Below the pieces are notes generated by a model, which was given only the letters and a program-made list of their open reading frames with translations, did not search any database and had not been told where the DNA came from. The position numbers and the translations under genes were made by a program. Below, in pieces: positions 29,705-39,714 of a DNA stretch of 64,000 bases (position 1 is the first letter of the stretch; every line of letters starts with the position of its first letter). Source of the DNA: an uncultured Acholeplasmataceae bacterium (GTDB lineage: Bacteria > Bacillota_I > Bacilli_A > Acholeplasmatales > UBA5453); contig CAYZTG010000001.1 of NCBI GenBank assembly GCA_964481475.1, forward strand, positions 20,441 to 84,440. Reading direction: 5' to 3'.

Positions 29705-30298
29705 TTATTTACTCGTAAATACTATTTCTCTATTTTCTACTAAATAAATAATTCCACTAATTAATGTCGCTAAGACAGCTAAATAAAAGGTTCCATCTAA
29801 AAGATATTGTCCTATATTATTTAACTTTTGAACTAAACCAAATCCATTAAACAATATTAAAATAATACTAATCATTGTAATTACCGTTTTTATTTTCCCA
29901 AAAATATTTGCCGCAATAACTTTGTTTTCTTTTGCCGCAATCGTTCTAATTGCCATGACAATAAATTCTCTTAATAAAATAACTACTACAAGCGTCCACC
30001 ACCAATTATAAACTGTTTTCTCAGTTACAATATACATAATCGCTGTTAACGTTAGAAGTTTATCAGCAACGGGATCTAAGAAAATTCCAAAAGTCGTAAT
30101 TTCATTACGTTTTCTTGCTAAGTAACCGTCTAAGAAGTCCGTAAAGGAGCCAATTACAAAGAGTACTGCAAATAATAATTCACCTAAGGATAAATTAAAA
30201 ATTATTAATTTATTTTTTAAACTAGGCAATAAAATTACCAATATCATTATTGGTATTAAGATAATTCTTGATACAGTTATTTTATTTGATAATGTCAT
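29705..30298 (-). CDS. pgsA: CDP-diacylglycerol--glycerol-3-phosphate 3-phosphatidyltransferase
   Basis: 197-aa membrane ORF carrying the CDP-alcohol phosphotransferase motif DGYLARKRNEITTFGIFLDPVADK. Confidence 0.9.
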   Translation of the reverse strand: MTLSNKITVSRIILIPIMILVILLPSLKNKLIIFNLSLGELLFAVLFVIGSFTDFLDGYLARKRNEITTFGIFLDPVADKLLTLTAIMYIVTEKTVYNWWWTLVVVILLREFIVMAIRTIAAKENKVIAANIFGKIKTVITMISIILILFNGFGLVQKLNNIGQYLLDGTFYLAVLATLISGIIYLVENREIVFTSK

Positions 30299-30343
30299 AC
30301 TAATTCTCTTTTCTAAATATATATTGATATTTTAATTTATTTG

Positions 30344-30372
30344 TTGCAAATATTATACCATAATGATATAAT
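30344..30372 (+). promoter_or_regulatory. Near-consensus sigma-A promoter for rpsT
   Basis: TTGCAA, 17 nt, TATAAT, about 30 nt upstream of the rpsT ATG. Confidence 0.55.
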
Positions 30373-30403
30373 CTTTTATGGCATTAGCAAAGGAGGTAAT
30401 GAT

Positions 30404-30667
30404 ATGGCTAATATTAAACAACAAATTAAAAGAAACAAGACTAACGAGAAGAAACGCATTCTAAATAAAGGATTTAAATCTTCTACAAAAACTGCCATTA
30501 AAGCTGTTTTCGAAGCAGTTGCAGAAAATAATAAAGAGAAGGCTATTATTAGTTTAAACTTTGCTAATAAGAAATTAGACAAAGGTCAAGCTAAAGGTAT
30601 TTTTCACAAAAACTACGTTAGCAACCATAAATCTAAATTAACCAAGCTAGTTAATACACTTAATTAA
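30404..30667 (+). CDS. rpsT: 30S ribosomal protein S20
   Basis: MANIKQQIKRNKTNEKKR... preceded by AAAGGAGG. The ORF-track start 30341 is a TTG inside the promoter and is a spurious extension. Confidence 0.93.
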   Translation: MANIKQQIKRNKTNEKKRILNKGFKSSTKTAIKAVFEAVAENNKEKAIISLNFANKKLDKGQAKGIFHKNYVSNHKSKLTKLVNTLN

Positions 30668-30670
30668 GAT

Positions 30671-30700
30671 AAACACTTCTTTAAAGAGGTGTTTTTTTTA
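30671..30700 (+). terminator. Rho-independent terminator after rpsT
   Basis: The hairpin AAACACTTC-TTTAAA-GAGGTGTTT (one G-U pair) is followed by T7. It abuts the stop of the convergent exonuclease gene. Confidence 0.7.
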
Positions 30701-31357
30701 TTCAACAATCTTTAATCTTCTACCATCTTGCGCCTTATATACAACATGAGGCGCTTTAAAATTACTAGGACCGTATTTAGGATTATAACCTATCACATTT
30801 ACATAGGCATTTAAACGGTCTTTTTCTTGCTGCATTTTCATTAAGACATCGTAAGTCATTTTAACGTCTTCCAATGCTCTGTGGGCATCATCCCTGTAAA
30901 CATTATAAGTCTTACTAGCACTTTCAAGTCTGTGTGGAAATGGATGTCTATCTTTATAAATTGCCATTACATCCAACATGTCATTTGTAATAAAAAAATT
31001 ATGTTGTTGTTTATATCTTCTATATAATGTTGTTAAAAAACCATAATCAAAAGAAATATTATAAGCAACTAAAAGAGGCTGTTTTGACATTAGTTGATCA
31101 AATAAAAGAAAAGCTTCTAATTCAGAAATACCATCTTTGTGTAACATTTCATCGGTAATATTAGTAATCTCTGTAATTTTGGGGTCTAATGGTTCTTCTT
31201 GTTTAATTAATACGGAAAGTTCCTCTTCAATTTCAAAAATACCACCAACATTCTTAAGTAACAAAGCTCCTATTTCAATAATATTGTTTGTGAACGGCGA
31301 AAGACCAGTAGTTTCAAAATCGAAAACCAACATATAATTATAATTATTTAATGTCAT
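30698..31357 (-). CDS. DEDDh 3'-5' exonuclease (DnaQ / Pol III epsilon-like)
   Basis: Exo motifs DFETTG, AYNISFDYGFL and HRALEDV are present. The ORF-track start 31369 is a TTG. The ATG at 31357 follows GGGGGAG and overlaps the holA end by 14 nt. Confidence 0.85.
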   Translation of the reverse strand: MTLNNYNYMLVFDFETTGLSPFTNNIIEIGALLLKNVGGIFEIEEELSVLIKQEEPLDPKITEITNITDEMLHKDGISELEAFLLFDQLMSKQPLLVAYNISFDYGFLTTLYRRYKQQHNFFITNDMLDVMAIYKDRHPFPHRLESASKTYNVYRDDAHRALEDVKMTYDVLMKMQQEKDRLNAYVNVIGYNPKYGPSNFKAPHVVYKAQDGRRLKIVE

Positions 31358-32315
31358 ATTCTCCCCCAATTACTTTAAGCAACCATAACTCTAAACCAAG
31401 TTTTTTATCAATTGCTCCACTTTTTATTTCAAAATCTAAATTAGATAAAGACTCATAATACTTATTTAAAACATCACTATTTAATCCATTTGCATTTTTA
31501 ATAATATAAAATGCCTTTCCTGTCGAAACATCAAAATAATCTTTTATTTCATGTTGGCGATAACCTTTTTCCAATAATCTCTTCGTAGTAATTAATTGTT
31601 TAAATTCACTTGCTATTCTGCTAATAATATTGACTGAATCCTCATTTTTAACTAATAAATCATAATAGATTTCTAACATTCTTTTTTTGTTTCCAGCAAT
31701 AATCGCATTAGTCAACTCAAAAATATTATCTTCTAAATTTCTAGGCACGAGCATTTTAATATCTTTTAAATCTATCTTTTTATTATCATATGCAAATAAC
31801 TCTAATTTTTCAATTTCCTTATGCATTAAATGAAGTTGAAAATTAACTCTTTCTAAAAGTTCTTTAATTGCATCATCTTCAATTTTATAACCTTTACTAT
31901 TAAAATAACTTTTTATATAAGGCTCATATTCATCTTTTTTCATTACTTCAATTCCTTCAAAGCGGATATACTTCTTCGCTTCTTTAGAAATCTCTAATGT
32001 TTCATTGATTGGCTTATCAATAATAAAAATAAGCGTTGTGTCTTCTTTAGGATTTTTAAAATATTGAATTAAAGGTGTTAAATCATCTGTCCTCTTTTCA
32101 TAAAAAAACCAAGGATTTTTCACCTTAATTACCTTTTCATCTGAAAGTAAACTAACCGTCATTATTTCCTCGATAAACTCGAAAACATCGGTTTCACTCA
32201 AATCATAAGTTATCACATTAAATGGTTCAACATTTAAGTTGCTAATAATTTGTGTTACTTTGTCTTCTATTAAAAAAAGATCTTCGCCAGTAATAGCATA
32301 TAAATAATCACTCAT
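31344..32315 (-). CDS. holA: DNA polymerase III delta subunit
   Basis: 323-aa ORF with position (after comEC, next to rpsT) and length typical of holA. The N-terminus LYAITGEDLFLIEDKV is family-like. The assignment rests partly on synteny. Confidence 0.75.
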   Translation of the reverse strand: MSDYLYAITGEDLFLIEDKVTQIISNLNVEPFNVITYDLSETDVFEFIEEIMTVSLLSDEKVIKVKNPWFFYEKRTDDLTPLIQYFKNPKEDTTLIFIIDKPINETLEISKEAKKYIRFEGIEVMKKDEYEPYIKSYFNSKGYKIEDDAIKELLERVNFQLHLMHKEIEKLELFAYDNKKIDLKDIKMLVPRNLEDNIFELTNAIIAGNKKRMLEIYYDLLVKNEDSVNIISRIASEFKQLITTKRLLEKGYRQHEIKDYFDVSTGKAFYIIKNANGLNSDVLNKYYESLSNLDFEIKSGAIDKKLGLELWLLKVIGGEYDIK

Positions 32316-32336
32316 TTTAATTACCTCTAACCGTTA

Positions 32337-34409
32337 TTATACACTAAAACTCTCTTTTTGTATAACAAAACTATTAGTTAAACTCCGGAAATTATACTTT
32401 CTAATAATTATTGTTTGACTCTCTTTGGTCTTTAAAACTTTAATATTTTCTAAGGCTAATCGATCTAGTGTCTCCGGATGGGGATGATTATAATAATTTA
32501 GTCCATAACTAATAATTGCTACATCTGGTTTAACAACTCGGAGAAACTCTAAACTAGTACTATTATTTGCCCCATGGTGACTCACATGTAAATAATCACT
32601 CTTTAAGTCACTTCCATATTTAACTAAGTCTTTTTCTCTTTTAAAGCCGCTATCACCAGTAAATAAATAACTTTGTCCATCCATCATCACTTTTAAAACT
32701 AAAGAATTATCATTGTCATTAAAATAATCTTTTTCCGGACCAAAAACTTTAATAATTACATCTCCGCAAACAAACTCATCATTAACCGCACTTAATAAAT
32801 TATATTCATGCAGTTTTTCCTTTAGACCTGATCGATCATAACTATTTAAGTAAAGATTATGAACTTTAAAATTTGCCAAAATTAACAAGAGATCAGCACT
32901 ATGATCTAAATCACCGTGAGTAATGAATAAATAATCAATTTCGATTGCTCCTTGAGTACTCAAAAAGTCATATGTGCCTTTGTTACAATCAATCAAAATA
33001 TTTGCTTTATTAAAGGGTCTACTGATAAATGTTGCATCACCTTGATTAACATCTAAAAAGTAAAGATAACCTTGAGGATTTAAAAAAGGGTATAAATACG
33101 CTATCAGCATAAAAAGGCCTATATAAAAGCTTCTCTTAACTATTAACTTGTTATTTTTCCCTAATAATAAAAACACTAAAAGAAAAAGATAAATAATAAT
33201 AGATGTTAAAGAAAGATAATGAATCTTAATAAAAGTCCCCTTAGAAACATAAGTCACAAACTCATTAAAACTGGTTAATAAGTAATTAGACATAGGAGCA
33301 ATAATTTTAATCAATGATAATACAACTAATGGTAAAATAAAGACTGAAAATAAATAAGAAATTAGTAACGAGATAGGCAAGCTTATAATTAATAAACCAC
33401 CATTAAAATTTATTAAAAAAGGAATTGAAACCAAAAATGCAATTAAAGACATTTTAAAATAATTAGCATCTATTAAAATAATAAAAAAACTTACTAAAAA
33501 TGATAATATAAAACTATAGTTGTATCGAAGATAAGGATTAATCAACATTATTAAGAAACTAAGACTAATTGCATCTAAAGCAGTTATACTCTCTTCTTTA
33601 AAAATCCTCATTAATAGATACATAAGATATGCTCTTTTCAAACTAATAGGAAAGGCGATTATAATCCCATAAATTGTTAAAATTGTAATTATTATTATTG
33701 TCTTTTTATTAAATCTGCTTAACGCCCTTTCTAACATCGACACTAAAATTGTTAAATGCAGTCCTGATAAAGCGAAAAGATGGCTAATACCTACTTTAGA
33801 AAGAGCTTTTTTAAAATCACCCTCAAAATCATTATCAGCAAAAATTAGTGTTTTTATGTATAATCTTGCTTCCTCAGGATAATCATCAAAAAGACTCAAA
33901 CAATAATATTTTATTTTTGAAATTGTAAACTTATTGTTAACTACTTTAAACTCTTTTACATTTAACTTATAAAAAATTCGCAAACTATTATAGTATTTTT
34001 TTTGATTAAAGCCCCCAGGAACCTTTTCTTTTGTAAAAGTTGTTTGCTCAAAATCAATCTCTAAAACATCACCAATGTTTAAATACTCCTTCTCATAAAA
34101 CAAGTACTTCCTGCTCTTTTGCTTAACAATATAAGTATAATAGTCATTACCTTCTTTTCTTTCAGTAATAATAAAATTACTACTATCTGGTAATTGTTTA
34201 GGTAAGTAATTAGTAATCACTAGGATTATAAAGAAAAATATCCCCAACAATAAGACTTTCTTTTTACTTTGATACCTTTTTATCAAAAAGTAAAAAGGAA
34301 TATATAAAAGTAAAAAATAAAACCTTTCATAACTAATTAAGGCAATTAAAACACTTAAAGCATAATAGTGAAGATAGTTAAACGGTAATAAAGTCTTTAA
34401 TCTTTTCAT
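32337..34409 (-). CDS. comEC: DNA internalisation-related competence protein ComEC/Rec2
   Basis: 690-aa polytopic membrane ORF with a C-terminal metallo-beta-lactamase domain (ITHGDLDHSAD ... SHHG). Confidence 0.88.
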   Translation of the reverse strand: MKRLKTLLPFNYLHYYALSVLIALISYERFYFLLLYIPFYFLIKRYQSKKKVLLLGIFFFIILVITNYLPKQLPDSSNFIITERKEGNDYYTYIVKQKSRKYLFYEKEYLNIGDVLEIDFEQTTFTKEKVPGGFNQKKYYNSLRIFYKLNVKEFKVVNNKFTISKIKYYCLSLFDDYPEEARLYIKTLIFADNDFEGDFKKALSKVGISHLFALSGLHLTILVSMLERALSRFNKKTIIIITILTIYGIIIAFPISLKRAYLMYLLMRIFKEESITALDAISLSFLIMLINPYLRYNYSFILSFLVSFFIILIDANYFKMSLIAFLVSIPFLINFNGGLLIISLPISLLISYLFSVFILPLVVLSLIKIIAPMSNYLLTSFNEFVTYVSKGTFIKIHYLSLTSIIIYLFLLVFLLLGKNNKLIVKRSFYIGLFMLIAYLYPFLNPQGYLYFLDVNQGDATFISRPFNKANILIDCNKGTYDFLSTQGAIEIDYLFITHGDLDHSADLLLILANFKVHNLYLNSYDRSGLKEKLHEYNLLSAVNDEFVCGDVIIKVFGPEKDYFNDNDNSLVLKVMMDGQSYLFTGDSGFKREKDLVKYGSDLKSDYLHVSHHGANNSTSLEFLRVVKPDVAIISYGLNYYNHPHPETLDRLALENIKVLKTKESQTIIIRKYNFRSLTNSFVIQKESFSV

Positions 34410-34881
34410 AAGTGGCTTCTTTAATACCCGAGATATTCATTATTTCTAAAATAGTTTTAAATAATCCATATTTACTTCGGTATTCAATAATTTCTAAAGC
34501 TTTTGCTTCGCCAATACCGGGAAGAGTCATTAACTCTTCTTTAGTTGCATAATTAAGATTAACTTTACCTGTTTGTTCACTTTGTTCTTTGCTCAATATA
34601 AAAGGGATATGGTAAGTTTTATTTTCAATTAGATAGTCAGCTAAATTAAAACTACTAATGTCTGCTTCTCCTTTTAATATTTTTGCGAGACTCAATAATT
34701 CGCCAATTGTCATCTCTTTAGAAACAACCTTTTTCCCAGGATAAAAAACAGCACCACTAACCATAACTTCAATTGTCTCCGTTGGAGTTATAATCTCATC
34801 TTGTTGCTTATTTGGTTTAATAAAAACGATTAATAATATTATAAAACAAAAAAGAATATATATTTTAATAGCAGCTTTCAT
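34378..34881 (-). CDS. comEA: ComEA-family DNA-binding protein
   Basis: 167-aa ORF with an N-terminal TM helix, a SLBB-like region and a C-terminal helix-hairpin-helix (LNYATKEELMTLPGIGEAKALEIIEYR). Confidence 0.85.
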   Translation of the reverse strand: MKAAIKIYILFCFIILLIVFIKPNKQQDEIITPTETIEVMVSGAVFYPGKKVVSKEMTIGELLSLAKILKGEADISSFNLADYLIENKTYHIPFILSKEQSEQTGKVNLNYATKEELMTLPGIGEAKALEIIEYRSKYGLFKTILEIMNISGIKEATYEKIKDFITV

Positions 34882-34930
34882 TATATCACCGCTTAATATA
34901 TATTCTTTTCTTATTAATTTACTTTAAAAT

Positions 34931-35251
34931 TTAAATTTCTAATTTCTTAAATCCAATAAATTTATCATTAAAGCCATAAAACTCTCTTTCATCGCTTTCA
35001 AAAACATGAATAATAACTTCCCCACAATCTATTAATAACCAACTAGAAGACTTCCCTTCAATACCATTAATGTTATAGGTGTTTTTTAGTTCTTGTTTTA
35101 AATAGCCGACTAAAGCATTTGCTTGTCTTTTCGTTCCCGTACCAATAATTACATATTGATAAAATGGCGATTTATTTTCTAAATCATATCCTTTTAAATC
35201 CTTTAAATTAACTTGATCTAATGCATTAAATATTTTTTGTAGCAATTCCAT
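34931..35251 (-). CDS. rsfS: Ribosome silencing factor RsfS
   Basis: 106-aa ORF with DYVIIGTG-type (YQYVIIGTG) and WLLIDCGEVIIHVF motifs. It overlaps the yqeK end. Confidence 0.88.
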   Translation of the reverse strand: MELLQKIFNALDQVNLKDLKGYDLENKSPFYQYVIIGTGTKRQANALVGYLKQELKNTYNINGIEGKSSSWLLIDCGEVIIHVFESDEREFYGFNDKFIGFKKLEI

Positions 35252-35804
35252 TTTTTTGATGTTTCTCCTTGTAATAATTATATACTTTTATTTGACTTGG
35301 ATGTGGTTTAAAACCTTTGTTTAAAACATGACTCATCGTTTCTTCAATAGCTTTTAAATAACTGCCAAGCAAATCATTTAACGCTAGTTGATAAACAACT
35401 ACTGCACTTTTGTGTGTTCTATTTTTCTCACAAAAATCACTGACACATAAAATCATTGTTTCCTTAGTCATCTCTATTTTACCCCAAAGATGATATTTTA
35501 CACACTCCAAAATGTTTTCATCACTAATTGAGTAGCTTTTTTCTATTAATGCTGCTGCTGAATAAGCATGATACATAAATGGTTCCAAACTATCAAACAA
35601 ATGTTTATCATCAATTAACTCTTGGTGTTCCTTATTTGAAAGCATTTTTGTAATATCATGTAAATAAGCGCTAGTTTCTAAGACATTTAAATCAGCTCCA
35701 TATCTCTTCCCTAGCTCAAGTGCTCTTTCAACTACTCCATAAGTATGTTTTATTCTTATTGGATCATCCTTTAATGAAGTCAACATTATTTTCTTATAAT
35801 CCAT
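35226..35804 (-). CDS. yqeK: HD-domain bis(5'-nucleosyl)-tetraphosphatase YqeK
   Basis: 192-aa ORF with RIKHTYGV and AYLHDITK HD motifs, in synteny between yqeH and rsfS. Confidence 0.82.
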   Translation of the reverse strand: MDYKKIMLTSLKDDPIRIKHTYGVVERALELGKRYGADLNVLETSAYLHDITKMLSNKEHQELIDDKHLFDSLEPFMYHAYSAAALIEKSYSISDENILECVKYHLWGKIEMTKETMILCVSDFCEKNRTHKSAVVVYQLALNDLLGSYLKAIEETMSHVLNKGFKPHPSQIKVYNYYKEKHQKNGIATKNI

Positions 35805-36819
35805 TAATAACCTCTTTACTAATTAAAACATTAGCCTTTAAAGGCTTTAAAATTTCAATCGTCATTGGTCCTTTTACAACCAAATAACCTAAGTCCATTA
35901 AATTAATTAAATACTTCTCGTTTTCAAGTTTAAAAGTAACAGTCTCAAATTCACTATAAGTTGGTGTAAAAAGTTCTCCTTGATGTTTCTTAAAAAGTTG
36001 GTGGACATTTCCTCTTTTAGTACGATGCAATTTTAGTTTGTCACCGTAAAAAACAAAACTACCACTCCCTTTTACTATAGAAACAATAAATAATCCAAAC
36101 ACAATTACACTTTGGTTTTCAGTTAACTGATAAACAAATGGCTTTAATTTTTCAGGAATTAATTTATAATAATTTGCAAAATCTAAGTAATCACTAATAA
36201 ATCCTTCTAAATAAATACCAGGCGTGTCATATAAAGTAAAATCTTTAGTTTCAAGTTTTAAAAAATCCTTTGTTAATCCTGGCTTTTTTGAGGAAAGAAT
36301 CATACTATCTAATTGATAGTAACTAGCAATTTTATTGCTTAAAGTTGATTTACCACTATTTTGTAAGCCAATCAAATATACTTCCTTGAATTGATAATGA
36401 TTAATTGTTTGAATAAAGTCAATCAAATATTTTCCTTTTAGAGCAGAAATAGGCATAATTTCTATAAAATTTCTTAGTTCTTTAGGATATTGTTTCTTTA
36501 AGTCATCAATCATGTTATCAAAATTTACTGTTTTAGGCAATAAATCAATATGATTAATCAAAAGAATCATTTTATTGTTATAAAAGTTGTTTAAATTATA
36601 CATAAATAAAGTATTTAAATGTAATGCTGAAACAAGGTAAACAATTAAACCGTTAGCAAAGATTTTAGGGAAATGCGTTTTTTCTAGTTGATGTTTATCA
36701 ATCATATAATGTTTTAGTTGAAAACAGTTATAACAAAGATCATGTTCTAAATTCAAAACATAACCCGCTTTATTTTGATCTTCAGTTTGCAGCACAAGAC
36801 CGCAGCCTTTACATTTCAT
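35794..36819 (-). CDS. yqeH: Ribosome-biogenesis GTPase YqeH (circularly permuted)
   Basis: 341-aa ORF with an N-terminal zinc finger (CKGCG...CYNC). The GTPase motifs occur in permuted order: G4-like N(H)ID, G1 GLQNSGKST, G3 DTPG. Confidence 0.85.
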   Translation of the reverse strand: MKCKGCGLVLQTEDQNKAGYVLNLEHDLCYNCFQLKHYMIDKHQLEKTHFPKIFANGLIVYLVSALHLNTLFMYNLNNFYNNKMILLINHIDLLPKTVNFDNMIDDLKKQYPKELRNFIEIMPISALKGKYLIDFIQTINHYQFKEVYLIGLQNSGKSTLSNKIASYYQLDSMILSSKKPGLTKDFLKLETKDFTLYDTPGIYLEGFISDYLDFANYYKLIPEKLKPFVYQLTENQSVIVFGLFIVSIVKGSGSFVFYGDKLKLHRTKRGNVHQLFKKHQGELFTPTYSEFETVTFKLENEKYLINLMDLGYLVVKGPMTIEILKPLKANVLISKEVINGL

Positions 36820-37360
36820 AATTAGTTAAAACCTCATCATAGATAGTTTGATAATTCTTCTTTAATTTCTTAATCAATTTAGTTTCACGGTAGCGATTAA
36901 TTCTCGTTGTCCAAGCATCAGTAATTTCCTTAACTGGCGCAACCAAAATAGTATAAAAACCCATTTTGTTCCCACCATAAATATCTGTAAAAAACTGATC
37001 TCCAATCACAGACACTTCTTCCTTTAGATAGTTTCTACTTGCGAGTCTTAATGCTTTTTTATAACCTCTTTTTAGTGGTTTAAAAGCTTTATAAACATAA
37101 TTATAGTTTTGCGAACTTGCAAACAAAGATACTCTTTTAAAATTATTATTAGAAACTAGGATTATTTCAAAGCCTAGATTATCTAAATTTTTGTAAAGTT
37201 CTTCTACTTTTTTAGTTGGTAATGGTTCATCATAAGCGACTAAAGTATTATCAACATCAATTAAAAGTAATTTTATTCCTTGGGATTTTAAGCTTAAAAA
37301 ATCGATTTCAAAAACCGATTTATAGTATTTGTTGGGTATTTTTTTAAGTATTCCCCTCAT
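36809..37360 (-). CDS. yqeG: YqeG-family HAD-IIIA phosphatase
   Basis: 183-aa ORF with LLLIDVDNTL (the DxDxT motif), SNN and GDQ motifs. Confidence 0.85.
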   Translation of the reverse strand: MRGILKKIPNKYYKSVFEIDFLSLKSQGIKLLLIDVDNTLVAYDEPLPTKKVEELYKNLDNLGFEIILVSNNNFKRVSLFASSQNYNYVYKAFKPLKRGYKKALRLASRNYLKEEVSVIGDQFFTDIYGGNKMGFYTILVAPVKEITDAWTTRINRYRETKLIKKLKKNYQTIYDEVLTNYEM

Positions 37361-37839
37361 TAAGCAATTTCTAGAACTTCAACGTGGAAAGATTTACCAT
37401 TTTCCAGCCTTACTAAAACATTTTCTCCTACTTCTAAACCAACAATTGCTTTCCCTACAGGAGAGTCAATTGAAATTAAGTTTAACGTTGGATTAGCTTC
37501 AATAGTTCCAACTAAACGATAAATTGCTTCTTTTTCTTTTTCAATAAATTTTATTTTTACTGTTTTTCCAATTTGAACTTTATCATCAGAAGATGCTACT
37601 CTAATAATTTTATGATTTTCTAAAATGTTTTCAATTTCTTTAATTCGTGCTTCAGTTCTTGCTTGTGCTTCTCTAGCGGCATCATAATCAGCATTTTCTG
37701 ATAAATCACCTTGAGCACGAGCTTCTTGAAGTTGTTTAACTACTTCTGGTCTTTTAACATCTTTTAATTCATCAAGCTCTTGAGTAAGTTTTAATAGCCC
37801 TTCTTTAGTTAATTCAAATTGTTGTTTTATTTTTGACAA
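37360..37839 (-). CDS. greA: Transcription elongation factor GreA
   Basis: 159-aa ORF with GDLSENADYDAAREAQA. It has an apparent TTG start 8 nt after GGAGG, and its own extended -10 (TGTATAAT) just upstream. Confidence 0.93.
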   Translation of the reverse strand: MSKIKQQFELTKEGLLKLTQELDELKDVKRPEVVKQLQEARAQGDLSENADYDAAREAQARTEARIKEIENILENHKIIRVASSDDKVQIGKTVKIKFIEKEKEAIYRLVGTIEANPTLNLISIDSPVGKAIVGLEVGENVLVRLENGKSFHVEVLEIA

Positions 37840-37894
37840 TTTGGATTCCTCCTCTTTTATTTACTTCGTTTATTATACATCATCTTTTAATATA

Positions 37895-38542
37895 TTAAAA
37901 GTGAATAATTAGCTTTCTTAACTTTTTCTCTACTATTGGGTAGTTTGGATATAATTTAGCTAATAATTCATAAAACGGTTTTTGATGATTAAAGACTTTT
38001 TGATGGGCATATTCATGCATTAAAACATAATAGGCATATTCTTTATCTAAAGCCGCTAATAAAGTGTTTAGAGTAATATAATGTTTTTTTGTTTGGTATG
38101 ATCCATACTTGCTTTTTAATTTTTTATATTTAATATCAACCCATATTAAATTATTGTTTGATAGAGTTTGGATTACTTCGTCTTTAATTTTATTAATATA
38201 TTTTTTTAACTCTTGTTTATATATTTCACCTTTATAGTCAAAATCTTCAGTAGTATTGATAATTATTTTACTATCATCAAGACGATAGCTAAAATGGTCA
38301 TTATTAAGAGACACTTGATATCTTTTACCCCACAACATAAAATAGTTATCATCATTTGAGGTTGTTTTAAAGTAGTAGTCATCAAAATTACTTTCAATTT
38401 TTCCTAAGACTCCTTTTAAAGACATTCTTTTACTTAAATGAATTTCTAAAAATCCATTTTTAGGTTTTAAATAAGAATGTTTATTACTAGTAAAAATGAC
38501 TTTATAGTTAAGTTCTTTGTTATCTTTAATTAAAGTTTTCAT
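37895..38542 (-). CDS. YgjP-like (DUF45 / M48-clan) zinc metallohydrolase
   Basis: 215-aa ORF with a C-terminal HExxH (LMHEYAHQ). It forms a 4-nt overlap with the upstream U32 gene. Confidence 0.7.
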   Translation of the reverse strand: MKTLIKDNKELNYKVIFTSNKHSYLKPKNGFLEIHLSKRMSLKGVLGKIESNFDDYYFKTTSNDDNYFMLWGKRYQVSLNNDHFSYRLDDSKIIINTTEDFDYKGEIYKQELKKYINKIKDEVIQTLSNNNLIWVDIKYKKLKSKYGSYQTKKHYITLNTLLAALDKEYAYYVLMHEYAHQKVFNHQKPFYELLAKLYPNYPIVEKKLRKLIIHF

Positions 38543-39714
38543 TTTTTCCTTAACATATCAAAACTATTAACTTTAAATGGTATTTCTAAATAAACAACTT
38601 CTTTTGGATGTCTGGCTACTTCAATCTCTTCCAAATTAGCATTAAACAATTTCTTTAAAGTAAAACTCATTGGTTTTTTACTTGGCCCAAATATTTCTAT
38701 TTCATCACCAACCCTAAAGTTATTTCTTTGCTCCACTTTAACTAAATTATTGATGTTTTCTAAAACAATTCCTACAAACATTTGATTAGGTATTTCTAGT
38801 TTACGGTTATACAATTGATCTAAGTTTGTTGGAAAAGAATTTAAAAACCCTTGTGATGCAAGTCTATTTTCAGCCTTACTAATTTCATTTTCATAAAATT
38901 GGAAGTCTTCAATATCTCCTTTTTCTTGATACTCATCAATTAACATCCGATAAGCATTAACAACCGTCGCGATATAATGAACACTTTTCATTCTACCTTC
39001 AATTTTTAAAGACTGAACATTTGCTTGAATAAGATCCGGTATTAAAAAGACTGTCTGTAAATCTTTAGATCCCATTGAAAACAGGATATCAGTAGAAATT
39101 TTTTCTTCTTCATCGTATAGATCATAAAGCCAACGACAACTATGAGCACAACCACCTCTATTGGCATCTCTTAAAGTAAATGTGTTAGAAAGTGTGCATC
39201 TTCCGCTATAACTAGAACACATTCCACCATGAATAAAAACTTCAATTTCTAAACTAGTATTGGCCGTAATTTCTTTTATCTCAGTTAATGAAAGTTCCCG
39301 AGCTAATACAATTCTAGTTGCTCCAAGATCTTGATAAAATTGAAATGCATACTTATTAGTAGTTGATTGTTGAGTTGAAATGTGGATTTCTAAGTTTGTA
39401 TATTTTCGGGCGACACTTGCAATATAAGGACTTGCTACAATTATCGCATCAACTCTCGCTTTTTCTAAACCCTCTAAATAAGTTATTAAATCTGTTAGAT
39501 TTTCGTTATGAGGTATAATATTTGTTGTTACATAAAGCTTTTTCCCTAGACTATGGGCAAACTTTGCTCCTTCTTCAATATCTTTTAAAGAAAAGTTAGA
39601 CGCTCGCGCCCTTAAACTAAATTCTTCACCGCCAATAAAACAAGCATCAGCACCATATAAATAAGCTATTTTTAGTTTTTCTAAATCTCCAGCAGGAGCT
39701 AATAATTCAATCAT
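38539..39714 (-). CDS. Peptidase-U32-family protein, YrrO/TrhP-type (tRNA ho5U34 formation)
   Basis: 391-aa ORF with ELLAPAG, IHGGMC(S)SYSGRC and LKIEGRMK motifs of the U32 family. Order and size match B. subtilis yrrO. Confidence 0.85.
   Translation of the reverse strand: MIELLAPAGDLEKLKIAYLYGADACFIGGEEFSLRARASNFSLKDIEEGAKFAHSLGKKLYVTTNIIPHNENLTDLITYLEGLEKARVDAIIVASPYIASVARKYTNLEIHISTQQSTTNKYAFQFYQDLGATRIVLARELSLTEIKEITANTSLEIEVFIHGGMCSSYSGRCTLSNTFTLRDANRGGCAHSCRWLYDLYDEEEKISTDILFSMGSKDLQTVFLIPDLIQANVQSLKIEGRMKSVHYIATVVNAYRMLIDEYQEKGDIEDFQFYENEISKAENRLASQGFLNSFPTNLDQLYNRKLEIPNQMFVGIVLENINNLVKVEQRNNFRVGDEIEIFGPSKKPMSFTLKKLFNANLEEIEVARHPKEVVYLEIPFKVNSFDMLRKK

Noticed and set aside
30341-30403. 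N-terminal extension of rpsT in the ORF track (MLQILYHNDIIFYGISKGGND)
   Set aside because: It starts at a TTG that is part of the -35/-10 promoter. The conserved S20 N-terminus MANIKQQIKRN begins at 30404, right after AAAGGAGG.
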